DNA of 64,000 nucleotides from Octopus vulgaris (taxonomy: Eukaryota). The translations under genes were made by a program, and so were the position numbers. Positions 13,782 through 26,258 of this stretch are shown here, one piece after another (position 1 is the first letter of the stretch; each line of letters starts with the position of its first letter). Where the stretch lies: the NCBI GenBank assembly GCA_951406725.2, contig OX597836.1:37510001-37574000 (forward strand), in the 5' to 3' direction. The notes below the pieces were generated by a model. The model worked only from the letters and a program-made list of their open reading frames with translations. It did not search any database and was not told the origin of the DNA.

Positions 13782-14539
13782 TTCTATATTTATTTATTAC
13801 TTTCTCGTAGGGCTAATTACATAGTAAATACGAACAGAAACCTAAGGAAAATTTCTCTCTTTGTTTATTTAATCTATCGCAGGGAGAATTCCATAATTAT
13901 TATATCTTAGGCTACTGCAATGAAAATCGAATTTACTAATTTTTTAGGTGGAAACCAGATTTGAATTTACTTTAAAAAAATTATTATTATTCGCACACCA
14001 TTGAAGAGAGAAAACATCGATACAAGACAGGAAATATCGATACAAACCAAACAAGCAACGTTCCCGATGAAGTAATCGATATTATTACTTACAAAATGAG
14101 GGACCATATATGGTGCATATCTAAACGTTATCAATACTTTCAGAAGTAACAAACAACATTGTTGTAATAAGAATACTATTTGTAAACTATACAATTCTAT
14201 AGTAATTATTATTTTGGTTATTACATTTATTTAGTAAGTCAAATATATATACATGCTGGTTTTCTTTCAGTTTTTATCTACCACTCACAAGGCTTTTGTG
14301 GGCCCAAGGCTATATAGTAAAGGACACCTGCCCAAGGTGCCATGCAGTGGAACTGAAACCGGAACAGTGTGTTTAGGAAGCACACACAGCCAGACCACTA
14401 TTTTCATAAAATAAATTGTGGCGGAAAGTAAGTTTAGTTTTGGTTGAATATCGGGTGACACCAGAAATGCAATACGAAAAATACAGAGAAAAACGACAGA
14501 TCTTAATAGTAAGATATACACTGTAGTATTTCAGATAAG

Positions 14540-14790
14540 AGACCTCTTGTACATTGGTGACAATATTGTTAGACGCAATGAAAAAGGATCTTCAAGCACT
14601 TATGGATAAAATATCGTTGGTATGTAATGGTTTCGATAAAACTATTTTTCTTTATCAGCAATGTCTTGAAACACTTTGTGTAGCTCTTAAAATACTGACA
14701 TATGGTGAAACTTTGAAAAACGTATCCCCTTTCAATTACCTTGGCAGCATGTTAAACAGAGCTACAAATCTTAGAGAAGTAAGAATACAT
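14540..14790 (+). pseudogene. LINE (RTE-like) reverse transcriptase C-terminal remnant
   Basis: KKDLQALMDKISLVCNGF...LKNVSPFNYLGSML matches the post-YADD and F.YLGS region of non-LTR RTs. Confidence 0.6.
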
Positions 14791-14910
14791 AGATACCTTT
14801 TGAGAAATTGTAAATTTGACTATGGTCTAAGCAATTTCTATCTATATATTTATGTGTGTGTGTGTGGATGGATTTATATATGTATGTTTGTTTGTATGCA
14901 CGTATGCGTG

Positions 14911-14957
<47 letters not shown>

Positions 14958-14963
<6 letters not shown>

Positions 14964-15206
14964 GAGTATATTTAGGGATAACCACTAAGTGGATAACCAA
15001 TATGCTAGAAGAAGATCGCATACGATCTAACTACTGGTGTTTGCTGAATTTCTCTACAGAACATTCTTTTTCTTTGTAGTTAGATCGTATGTGATCTTCT
15101 TCTAGCATATTAGTTATCCACTTAGGGGTTATCCCTAAATATACGCATGTATTACAATTTTTTCTAATTTTTCAGATTTTTCTATATGCTAAGCTACTGG
15201 TTTAAA
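14958..15206 (+). mobile_element. Short fold-back element: 74-bp inverted arms plus one-sided tail, abutting (TA)n
   Basis: 14961-15034 is the reverse complement of 15076-15149 (4 mismatches by eye); spacer, arm and tail are homologous to 40321-40680. Confidence 0.8.
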
Positions 15207-15479
15207 AAAAGGTTGTAAATAGATGGAAGGAAGTCATAGATAATCAACGAAAGTACATTGATGGTTAAATTTCAATTAAATATAATATTTGATCACTTGT
15301 TTTCTTTATTCAAAATCTGACAGAGCTTATGGGATAACCTGATAGAATAACTTACCAGTCAAGTAGTGAAATCGATTTAATCGACTCATCCATCCCTTGA
15401 AATTTCTAGCCTTGTGCCTATGAGGAAATTTGTTATTGTTTTTTGGTTTTGTTGTTGTTATTGTAGTTTCTGTTGCTGT

Positions 15480-16030
15480 CTTCTTCTTCTTCTTCTTCTT
15501 CTTCTTCTTCTTCTTCTTCTTCTTCTTCTTCTTCTTCTTCTTCTTCTTCTTCCAATCAGGACTCACGCCATTAGCCACAAAGAATAATCTCTAATTCAAG
15601 CCTACTCTAAGCTACTAAGAATGCGTGTGGCAACTTGAAGATCCACCCACCACACACGATAGACTGGCGGTTGCACAGGCGCGAAAGCAACGTTGTTATC
15701 CTCATTCCGTAAACGGTGACTTTTTAAAGAGTGGAGAGCTGAACCATCCTGGGGTACAGAGGATTCGCAATCTAGACTAGGGTCTGAATGTTTACCACAC
15801 CATAGTGAGTTACACCATGGTTCCTCTGATTTGTGGCAGAAGTAGGAAGAAAGAGTGAGAGAAAGTTGTGGTGAAAGATTACAGCGTGATTCACCACCAC
15901 CCTCCGCCGGATCCTCGTGGAGCTCAGGTGTTTTTGCTCAATAAACACTCACAATGCCCGGTCTGGGAATCGAAACCGCGTTCTTACGACCGCGAGTCCG
16001 CTGCCCTAACCACTGGGCCATTGCGCCTCC
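15480..16030 (-). mobile_element. SINE family C, tail type 3, ending in (AAG)n
   Basis: Family C head at ~15845-16030; distinct body; (TTC)n at 15480-15552; TGTTGCTGT flanks both sides. Confidence 0.75.
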
Positions 16031-16429
16031 ACTTGTTGCTGTTGTTGATTTTGTTGTTGTTGTTGATTTTGTTGCTGCTGCTACTACTGCTGCTTCTCAC
16101 TGAAAACAGTTATGTATTTTCTTTCAGGATTATCTTAAGAAAAATACTTTTTTTGTGCTCTTTTTATCATGAATCATATTTTGAACATTTAAATGCTTAC
16201 TCTCTCTACTTGGATTAAAAAAAAAATTCTGTTGACAGTTTTATTGTACGGATTTTTAAAAAACTATCTATATGGATTTGTTTATAAGTGATTCAATATG
16301 GTTTTCTCTGAAGGAGCTGAAGATGCTAGTCATAAAGGTCTTAGTGGTAAATATTTCCCATCCCACGCCAAATTTTTAAAATCGCGATAAAGAATCAAAA
16401 ACAAGGAATAGCAAAAACTGACAAAAAAA

Positions 16430-16870
16430 CTGACACAGTTACAGAAACAATTTGAAAAGAGAGCGTGTAAACATAAACGAAATCAAGAAAAGCTTCACCA
16501 ACAGCTCATTGTTGGCTTCTGTTCTGTGCCAAAAGGAATATTGGAAAGTAGTCAATTCCAGATAAAGGAAGGTGTTAAGAAGTGATATTCTACGAAAAAG
16601 TGTCTCCGAGGCAGAAGAATTTATGCAGAAGAAACCAAGACAAAAAGCCAAAATAGAAAAAAATACGTTTAAGGTTTCTACAGGCTATCGAAACAAACGT
16701 TGGAAGAAGCCCTAGCTGGTGTGTAGATGGATTTATGTCCCATCAACTATGGCAAGTCGTATAATACAGAGTCTGGCTTTTAAGGCTGAGGACGTGACAA
16801 GAAACATGCAGTTCAGTTGTGCGACAACCTATCCCTACTGGGGTAACGAAATATGAGGGTTATTACCAGG
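16430..16870 (+). pseudogene. Possible pogo/Tigger (CENP-B-like HTH) transposase N-terminal remnant
   Basis: Fragments such as SSLLASV.CAKRNIGK and YRLSKQTLEEALA resemble the two HTH regions; heavily decayed. Confidence 0.35.
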
Positions 16871-17684
16871 GATATTTAAGTTAACATTAAGACTTGCTTT
16901 ATCATCTCATTTGTATTGCAGTAAAAATAAGTTGTGCGCACAGAGGCGACCCGTGGTAACATACCGTTCGATGTTGCTGTGCGGATATCGAGGCCCTAAT
17001 AGTCTCTCTCCCCCCTCTCTCTCTCTCTCTCACACACACATACACACACACTCGTTGAGAGATCGGATGGTAAATTTCTCTGACAAGTGGTGTCATGCAG
17101 AAGTTCCTGCTGTCACACGTGTTGCAGTAAAGACAAGTTGAGGGCCGTGTGAGCAAAAGTAGTGTAAAAGCAAAAAGCTAAAAAGAAAACGTGTGGCATA
17201 CAGCTTCAGAGGTAGTGATGATGTTCTGTTAGCAGAGCCTCACCGACCCGATCTCCGGGATTAGCAAGATCGGAAACAAATGAAATTGCTTCATCCTTGG
17301 TATAACAAGCACCAGAGAAACACGGTGACTGAGAAGTCAGGCAGAGACAGCCAAATGTTAAGAGCAGCAGTATCACTATATTGTCTTACCGTTATGAGGA
17401 GAGATGGAGACCGATGAAGGAATCGAGATACCAAGAGAAGAAAGAGGTGTAAAAGATTAATGCCAAACCCAAAGAAAGGGCAAACAACTGATAGGGATCC
17501 CTCACAGAACGATACTCTCTCCGCTGGAATTGCTGAATCTCAATGTTGCCTGAATCATTAGCCAAAACCTGGGGGAAATGCTAAATGAGCTGAAAGAGAG
17601 TGGACAGGAATATTGTACAGCGAATAGTGGAAACGGGACTAGAAATTATCGAGGACGAAAAGATGACAGAATTCTTGTAGAAAG

Positions 17685-17832
17685 AACAACACAAATCTAT
17701 AAACAGTCTATATACGGCTAAGGAACAACACAAATCCATACACAGCTAATGAACAACACAAATCTATAGGCAGCTAATGACCAACACAAATCTATACAGA
17801 GCTAATGAATAACACAAATCCATTCACAGATG
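17685..17832 (+). repeat. ~28-bp minisatellite, 5 units
   Basis: AACAACACAAATC(T/C)ATA..CAGCTAATG repeated in tandem; the first unit is longer. Confidence 0.85.
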
Positions 17833-18146
17833 ATGCCTGAACTCCTCAATAATGTGGGTGGTTTCCTGTTCACCCAAATTAGAAGACGGGTATTTTCGTA
17901 AGAATCAGTTTGCAGGACTCTGGAGAGAAAACTGATCAAGAGTTGTTTGGATGCTTTGATCTTACTTAGCTGGAGTCTCTGAGTGTGGATTACCCCTCCT
18001 GCACTCAGTGTGTGTGCCAAATATTTAACTAGTCTTTAATGTATTATATTTTCCGAACACACCCTATTTATAGATATGTACGCAAGGGGAGGGAGAGCAA
18101 GTGGGGTGAGGAAATGTGTGTGTATGTGCGTGACTGAATGATTGAG

Positions 18147-18196
<50 letters not shown>

Positions 18197-18440
18197 TATT
18201 CTGTTGCTGGTGGAAGTTAATAACCTAGAAAAAGTGTGGTCCATTCGATCCCTCTTTTACTGTTCGCGGCGAGGTTCTATAATAAACATGGCCGACTTTT
18301 TTGAATGTCTCATATGTCAAGTAAATTTAATTAATTTACAAATGGGGTGGGTTTTAAAATTTTTTGGGCATACCCAATAGCATGTATTCATACATACATA
18401 CATACATATAGATATGCCTCTGTATGTATGTCAGTGTATG

Positions 18441-18730
<290 letters not shown>

Positions 18731-19449
18731 TGTTGGCGTCTTATGTATGGCAGTGCTTGCCGTGTTATTTTATTGGGTGTTGATCATACAGAGCATGTGT
18801 TGTGTGCCCTGTGTTATTTTATAGGGTGGTGATTGTGCAATGCATGTGTTACATGTACAGTGTGTACCGCATTATATAGTATTGAAATGAAAGTGTCTTG
18901 CGTAGGACGTGGTCTGTAGCTAGCAGATCTATTTTTGTACACGGTGTAACACTATAAATCTCTTCATATGGCATGCTTGTTTTTGTTTAGATTAGTATTT
19001 TTTTTTTTATATATATATCATACCTTGGTACAACAATTATTATTTCTAATATATTTTTTATTTCTACTGTTCTTTTATTTCTGCTGTTTTATTTTTTCCT
19101 GCCCCACACATAGTTTATCTTACTATCACGATCTGTTCAATGAATGACGTTTTGCCCACCAACATTTAGGCAATACTTCATTGAGAAAGGACTGCGATTA
19201 TATAAAGAACAGCCATAAGTCTGCATATATTTACTGTCATATCTTAGTTTGTATATTAATAAAAAGGACCATTATTTAAATCTAATCATTTATTGCTTCT
19301 AGCGTTTAATTTCCTCTCAAATACCCAGATCGAATTTCACTGTCAACACTACAGCGTCAAGATAAAAGGCGAAGAAGATAAGAAAAACTTTTTATCACAG
19401 ATATTTGCATAATGTCTTCTTGCTATCTCCTTCTCTTTCGCTCTCTCCC

Positions 19450-19488
<39 letters not shown>

Positions 19489-19933
19489 CAGCACCACCCT
19501 GTGTATGCAGCTACATTTTGCTCTTACTCCCTTTTTCTGTCTATTCTTATGTATGCACACATGCATATGTATATATCTATGGGTATTAATATACATGTGT
19601 GTATATATGCATATACGTAAAATATATATATGTGTGTGTGTGAATATATATGCTAAATAACATAACGACAACAAGGTCTCAGACAGGTAAACACGGCTTC
19701 CGTTAGGAAATGGAAGAGAAATCACTGAAAAGATTGTGTATGGCAATGAAAGAACTCTGACGAACAAAAGAAAAGACAGATTGACTTTCTAACCAAAAAG
19801 ATAAACAAACGATCGATTAGTTACCTGGATAAATATTTAAATAGTTGACTGATAATAAAGGAGGGAAATTGCACCGGTGTGTGTGTTAGTTATAACAAAT
19901 GGCGTAATCACTCTTCCTAGATACAATAATATA

Positions 19934-20400
19934 TCTATAATACATTAAAAGTCAGTTTAAATCTTGCTTGCTTGCTTGCTTGCAATGTTACCCAGCCAAA
20001 CTGGCGCATACTGGGAAAAATACTATGTGTTAAGTTTACCTTGAAATGTTAATACGAATGGAATAAAAACAAGTTTCACGTAAATCGGGCAAGCGGTTTT
20101 AGAGATATTAGAGATTTGGGGTATAGATACCCAAAACGGTGGATAATGGGAAAATATTCCGAAATTAATCTTAACCCTGAAAGGAAAGAAACTCTTATCT
20201 TTTTATTAGACACAGTAAACTTGACAACGAAAAAGTACGAGTTTTTTTTACAGTAAATGTTTCTATTTTCGCTTAAGTTAAACACAAAATTTTAATAAAT
20301 TAGAAATATTTTTAACTGAATGTGATTTTTAAAATGTTAGTTGTTTGTACAATAAGTATATATATTTTAGCTTTCTTTAAATAAGTAATATTTTTATGTT
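19934..20400 (+). mobile_element. Possible Helitron 5' portion
   Basis: A|TCTATAATACATTAAAA start followed by a (TTGC)n tract, and AAGTTTCACGTAAATCGG similar to the motif inside the Helitron at ~57416; no 3' CTAG end identified. Confidence 0.4.
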
Positions 20401-20412
20401 TTTTTTTAATTA

Positions 20413-20463
20413 TTTAAGGCACCAGTCTCTTTGGAGGCGTGGGTTCAAATCCCACCGCTGCTA
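20413..20463 (+). pseudogene. 3' half of tRNA-Leu(AAG)
   Basis: TT-AAG-GC-ACCAGTCTCTTTGGAGGCGTGGGTTCAAATCCCACCGCTGCTA: anticodon loop, long variable arm, T arm and acceptor 3' strand of a metazoan type-II tRNA-Leu. The 5' half is absent. Confidence 0.85.
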
Positions 20464-20487
20464 ATTAACTTATTAAACATTTTCATA

Positions 20488-20658
20488 GACGTAGGAGTGG
20501 CTGTGCGTTAAGTAGCTTGCTTACTAACCACATGGTTCCGGGTTCAGGCGCACTACGTGGCACCTTGGGCAAGTATCTTCTACCATAGCCTCAAGCCCAC
20601 CAAAACCTTGTGAGTGGATTTGGTAGACGAAAACTGAAAGAAGCCCGTCGTATATATG

Positions 20659-20743
<85 letters not shown>

Positions 20744-20940
20744 TTGTGTGTCTGTGTTTGTCTCCCAACATCGCTTGACAACCGATGCTGTTTTACGCCC
20801 CCGTAACTTAGTGATTCGGCAAAAGAGGCCGATAGAATAAGTACTAGGCTTACAAAGAATAAGTCCTGGGCTCGATTTGCACGACTAAAGGCAGTGCTCC
20901 AGCATGGCTGCAGTTAAGTGACTGAAACAAGTAAAAGAGT
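20488..20940 (+). mobile_element. SINE family B (tRNA head, CORE-like ACCTTGGGCAAGT, internal (TA)n(TG)n)
   Basis: AGGAGTGGCTGTG..GTAGCTTGC...GGTTC...CCTTGGGCAAGT...microsatellite...TGACTGAAACAAGTAAAAGAG; about 20 copies in the window. Confidence 0.88.
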
Positions 20941-23310
20941 ATATTTAACAGGCATATTTATAAAATGCGCCATGTATCTCGAAGCAATCTTTCAGGCTTC
21001 GTTTATGCGTTATGTATATTTTTAAAAACAAGAAGCTAGACAGTAAGAAAATAAGAAAAAACGTGGAAAAATTGTGAAGAATATTGGTGCGAAAAATGGA
21101 ATGAGAAAAAGGAAACGAAATCAAGAACTAAGATCCTCGTCCTCCCTGATTGCAGAAAACTCGTTCATGAGTCAGCGGCCCAAAAGGAGGTACCCGGTTA
21201 CTTCTGAGACTGGCGCAAATGAGCTAGAATAAAACTGAAAACGTGACTGCGACGGTGCAGGCGAACGTGGAAGCACAATCAGACCCCGCATTTATGGTCT
21301 TCGTGCAGTGGAGCAGGGAGTGGGTTTCCATTACACCCCCGACTACGACCGACCGTCGGATGTTGTCAGCATGATGCACTCGTTCGTTGGAGCAGGCAGA
21401 GCACACTCTAAGTGAATGCCGCTGCATGTACAGGTAACTACATACTCACACTTCCCACTGTGCGCTACCTTGAGCAAGAGTCCTCTACTATAGTCCCGGG
21501 ATGACCAAAGCTTCATGAATAGGTTTAGTTGGCGCAGACTGAAAGAAGCCCGAAGTATGTGTACATATGTGTGTTTATGTGTATATACACGTGTGTATTT
21601 TTATGAGTGAGACTTTGTTTAAAAGGTTGTAAATAGATGGAAGGAAGTCATAGATAATCAGCGAAAGTACATTGATGATTAAATTTCAATTAAATATAAC
21701 ATTTGATCACTTGTTTTCTTTATTCAAAATTCGGACAGAACTTAGGGGATGACGTATATGTACACATGTGTGTGTATTTTTATGAGTGAGACTTTGTTTT
21801 GAGTTGGTCTCCTACTACCACTTGACAATGGTGTTGGTTTCTATAAGTCCCAGGAACATCGCGGTTTGGTAAAGCGACCAATAGAATTAGTATCAGGATT
21901 TAAAATTAAGTACTAGGTACGATTTGCCTTCAAAGGCAGTAATGATCGCATTTCAATGACTGGAACAAGTAAAAGATAATACACACACACACACGCACTC
22001 ACACAACACACACGCACATATACACACACAGATACACACACAAATACACATACACATCCATTCCATCAACCCCAAACGCATGACTGGTACTAATTTTGTT
22101 GACCTAAGAGAGGAGACAGTCTCACTCGAGAAGATCTGAATTCAGAATATAAAACAACGAACCCAGTTAGTTTGTCACTCGTTCTCATTCAGTCATCTTA
22201 CTTCACCTGAAATCTTCTACAGGTGCAGGTATGGCTGTGTGGTTAAGAAGCTTGTTTTAGATCTACGTGCTTTCCGGTTCAGTCTCACTGTGCGGCACCT
22301 AGAGTAACAGTGTCTCTATAGCCCTGGGCCGAAAAATGCCCTCTGAGTGAATTTTGTAGACTAAAATGGTGTGGAAGTCCAACGCAGTTTGCGTTGGTAA
22401 TTGTCTCCCAATGTTCGACCACCGGCTTTGGTTTGTTTACCTCCCCGTAACTAAGTGGTCGGCAAATGAGACCATTAAAATAAATATCAGATTTAGAATA
22501 AGTATTGGATCAATTTGTCTTACTAAGCCTTTTCAAGAGTTTGCTCCAGTATGACCGCAATGAAAGGATTGAAACATGTAAAAGATATACAGTGCAGTTT
22601 AAGTAGGTAAACTTTTTTCCCTTCGTTTCCAATAAAATCGCTGAAATATAAGATAAAATGTTGCCTTTTGAGCATTAATATGTAATCCAGCTGTCGAGCA
22701 TAATCCTTCTGAGATGAAATATTACCGGCGATGCACGCATCTCCTTTCAAATTCGTGGATTTGTGTTAAACTTGAAACTGCTATTTACTCGAAGTAACAA
22801 AGAAATATGTACGTGGTCGTTCAGTCTGCTGAATAAAGAAACCAAATCATTCTCAAATCGTAATATCCTGGTTAAAAAGAAAGGTGCGGACGCCTGTATG
22901 ATTTAGAAGCTAGATTTGCAGCCTCGTAGTTTTGATTTCAGTCTCACAGTCTGCAGCATCTTCAGTAAGGATACTGAGATTTTGAGAGAACTTAAAATAG
23001 CACCCTATTTTCTTTTATGAAATGGGTTAACCTGAGGCAGATAAAAATATGAGTAATAGCATAAAAATATTGGTTAAAAATCCATTCATATATACGCTTG
23101 CATGCGCACACACACACACATACATACACACACATACATACATATATGTATATACATATGTATATACATATATGTATATACATACATACATATATTAGTA
23201 CCAGTCATGCGTTTGGGATTGATGAAATGGATAAAGCAACTGCAATTATCACAACATATATATTGTTTCGGCTTTACCCAACGAGTTTCTTAAATATGTA
23301 TGTATGTATG

Positions 23311-23344
<34 letters not shown>

Positions 23345-23345
<1 letters not shown>

Positions 23346-24010
23346 TTTTAATCATTTATTTGGTTCAGTCATTTGACTGCAGTCATGCTGGAGCACCGCC
23401 TTCGAAGCTTTTAGTCGAAGAAATTGACCCCAAGACTTATTCTTTGTAAGCCTAGTCCTTATTCTATCACTCTTTTTCGCCGAACCGCTAATTTACGGGT
23501 GACATAAACACACCAGCAGCATCGGTTGTCAAGCGCTGGTGGAGAGGACAAACACAGACACATACACACATGGAAACACACACATGCACATATGAGGCGA
23601 GCAATTTAATGCAGAAAAATTCCAAGCCCTCAGCTATCAGAACAGTGCGGGATCTGAGGATTGATAGGAGCAACACAGCCTTTGTTTCACATGCATATCG
23701 CCAAGATGGTGAAACCCCAATACTTATTTTTTAAGCCTGGTACTTATTTTATCGATCACTTTTGCAGAACTGCTAGATTGAGAGGGACGCAAACACTGGT
23801 TGTCAAGAGGTGGTGGAGGGACAAATAAAGACCATAAAGACACACACACATACGACGGGCTTCTTTCAGTTTCCGTCTACCAAATCCTCTCAGAAGCCTT
23901 TGGTTGGCACGATGCTATAGTAGAAAAAACTTGCCCACGGTTCCACGGTAGTGGGACTAAACCTGCAGCCATGCGGTTGGGAAGCAAGCTTCTTACCACA
24001 CAGCCACACC
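23345..24010 (-). mobile_element. Two partial SINE family B copies
   Basis: Reverse family B tail at 23345-23590 and body/head at ~23720-24010. Confidence 0.75.
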
Positions 24011-24504
24011 AGCAACTCGTTATGCATGAATTAGAAATATTTTTATGCGTACCTTAATTGAAAGGCGTGAAAAGTGTTTTCACATGAAACCAGCTCGTAT
24101 TACCATTCATAAACGCCTTCTATGGCGGCAGCAGTAAAAATATCAATATCATAAATATTACTCGTATCAAATAACGCTTATCAAGACTCAATATCATAAC
24201 TAATTCACTAATTACATCATAAAAAGTGTATCTTGATGTATCGTTCCTTTTATGTGGTGAACTACTACATAATAGTTTTCGCCTCCTTATGTACTTATAG
24301 TAGCTAGGGCGTATCAGATACTCGTGGTGCATGAGGGTATTTTGTGGTACAGGTTCAAGGGTTGCTGTTTGTGGCTTTTAATTCAGATCCGGTTCAATGC
24401 TACAATGAGCAACTACCCTTCCTCTTTACTATTACCGTCTTGATTTATCAACGTTAACGAGCTAGCTTCATTGGATATGTTGACTTCTCTCTTTATTTAT
24501 CTTT

Positions 24505-24882
24505 CTCTTTTATTCGTTTCAGTCATTTGACTGCGGCCATGCTGGAGCACCACCTTTAATCAAGCAACTCGACCCCGGGACTTATTCTTTTTTGTAAGCC
24601 CAGTACTTATTCTATCGGTCCGTTTTGCCGAACCGCTAAGTAACGGGGACGTAAACACACCAGCATCGGTTGTCAAGCAATGCTAGGGGGACAAACACAG
24701 ACACCCAAACACACACACGCATATATATATATATACATATATATATATAAACATATATACGACGGGCTTCTTTCAGTTTCCGTCTACCAAATTCCACTCA
24801 CAAGGCTTTGGTCGGTCCGAGGCTATATTAGAACACACTTGTCCAAGGTGTCACGCAGTGGGACTGAACCCGGAACCATGTG
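24505..24882 (-). mobile_element. SINE family B
   Basis: Reverse complement of the family B sequence, with truncated head. Confidence 0.85.
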
Positions 24883-25169
24883 TTTTTTTTTGTGTTTTTT
24901 GTTTTATACTATTCATTCTTTCCATACAGCTGGTATCCCTGGCAGATTTTCTCTCGGGCTTTGATAATAATTTCTGGCATTTTCATACACATGTGTGCGT
25001 GTGTGTGTGTGTGTAATGCCTGAAATTGCCACGGCTACCAAAGATAATGAAAGACACGGATAGAAAAAAGAAGTCCATAGTTCCTTCATATCATTCAAAC
25101 AGCAATTTATATGGAATAACTTTACATTAAGGAGTGGAGCGTACAATTTCCTGTAAATCAGACTGCATC

Positions 25170-25332
25170 ATAGTCTCAGCAGACATAATGGAAAAGGCGT
25201 AGCCCCGGAGGATTGCGACAGATAGGCGCTGGAGCAACCTGTCTGACACACGGGGGTTGCACTAGCAATGAGCAGAGATATGGTCCGGCAGCCGAGAACG
25301 CAAGAAGTTTCCACTGCCACAGGCTCGACCAT
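25170..25332 (-). pseudogene. CRE-like non-LTR retrotransposon 3' end (restriction-like endonuclease remnant)
   Basis: Minus strand VEPVAVETSCVLG.RTISLL...RLLQRLSVAILRGYAFSI fits the P.A.ET.G..G...QRLS.A..RGNA pattern; homologous to 30130-30460. Confidence 0.65.
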
Positions 25333-26021
25333 TCATTCATTCCTTCATTTTGCCACAAGGCACCGAATTAATGAATGGTCGAGCCTATCGTAGGCTCGAC
25401 CATAAACCATAGGTAGATGTTACGAATTTAAATTGCTATTGTGTAGCCCACTGTTTCTTATAAGGAGGTAGGCTGTGAGAATTGAAAACGGATTGAATAA
25501 ACTGCCATTTTTATCAATGTTCTGATCTTGAAGATTTTAAACATGTTCAACACCATGCCGAACAATGACGAATTATATGAAAACAAACTCTATGTAAGCA
25601 TAATTAAATCTCAGAATGAGATTGAAACAGTAATCGCTCGATAAGAAGATGGCTTCTATACTTTACAAACTCTATGTAGTAAGTTGATTAATAAAGAGTG
25701 TGGGAAACAAAAAGATATCACCCGTCTTCCTTACTTGTCGCCATATCGACCGTGAGTAATTCTCTACATTGAGCACAAACTACATTTATTACTCGGAGTT
25801 ACAAGTCCATCCCTACTCATAACGCTTTGACAAGAGTTTTAACAGGGCCTTAACCAAATCGATCTCACCAATCTAGAATAGTCAAGAAAATCCATGGACA
25901 TTGTCTGGTTTTTGCTCCAGATAACTTTATAGCTTCAAATTTTTCCCAGTTGAGGGGCGAAAGGCAAAGGTGACTTCGATAGAATTTGAACTCAGAACGC
26001 ACACGTAGAACACGGGAACAA

Positions 26022-26258
26022 ATACCTATTTCTTTATTACCCATAAGGGGCTAAACACAGATGAGTCAAACAAGGACAGACAAACGGATTAAGTCGATTA
26101 CATCGACCCCAGTGCGTAACTGGTACTTAATTTATCGACCCCGAAAGGATGAAAGGCCGAGTCGACCTTGGCGGAATTTGAACTCAGAACGTAGCGGCAG
26201 ACGAAATACCGCTAGGCATTTCGCCCGGCGTGCTAACGTTTCTGCCAGCTCGCCGCCT
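26022..26258 (-). mobile_element. SINE family A with TSD
   Basis: Full reverse copy; ACACGG(G/A)AACAAATACC on both sides. Confidence 0.88.

Noticed and set aside
17685-17832. CRISPR-like array
   Set aside because: Units are similar along their whole length with no unique spacers, and the context is eukaryotic with no cas genes.
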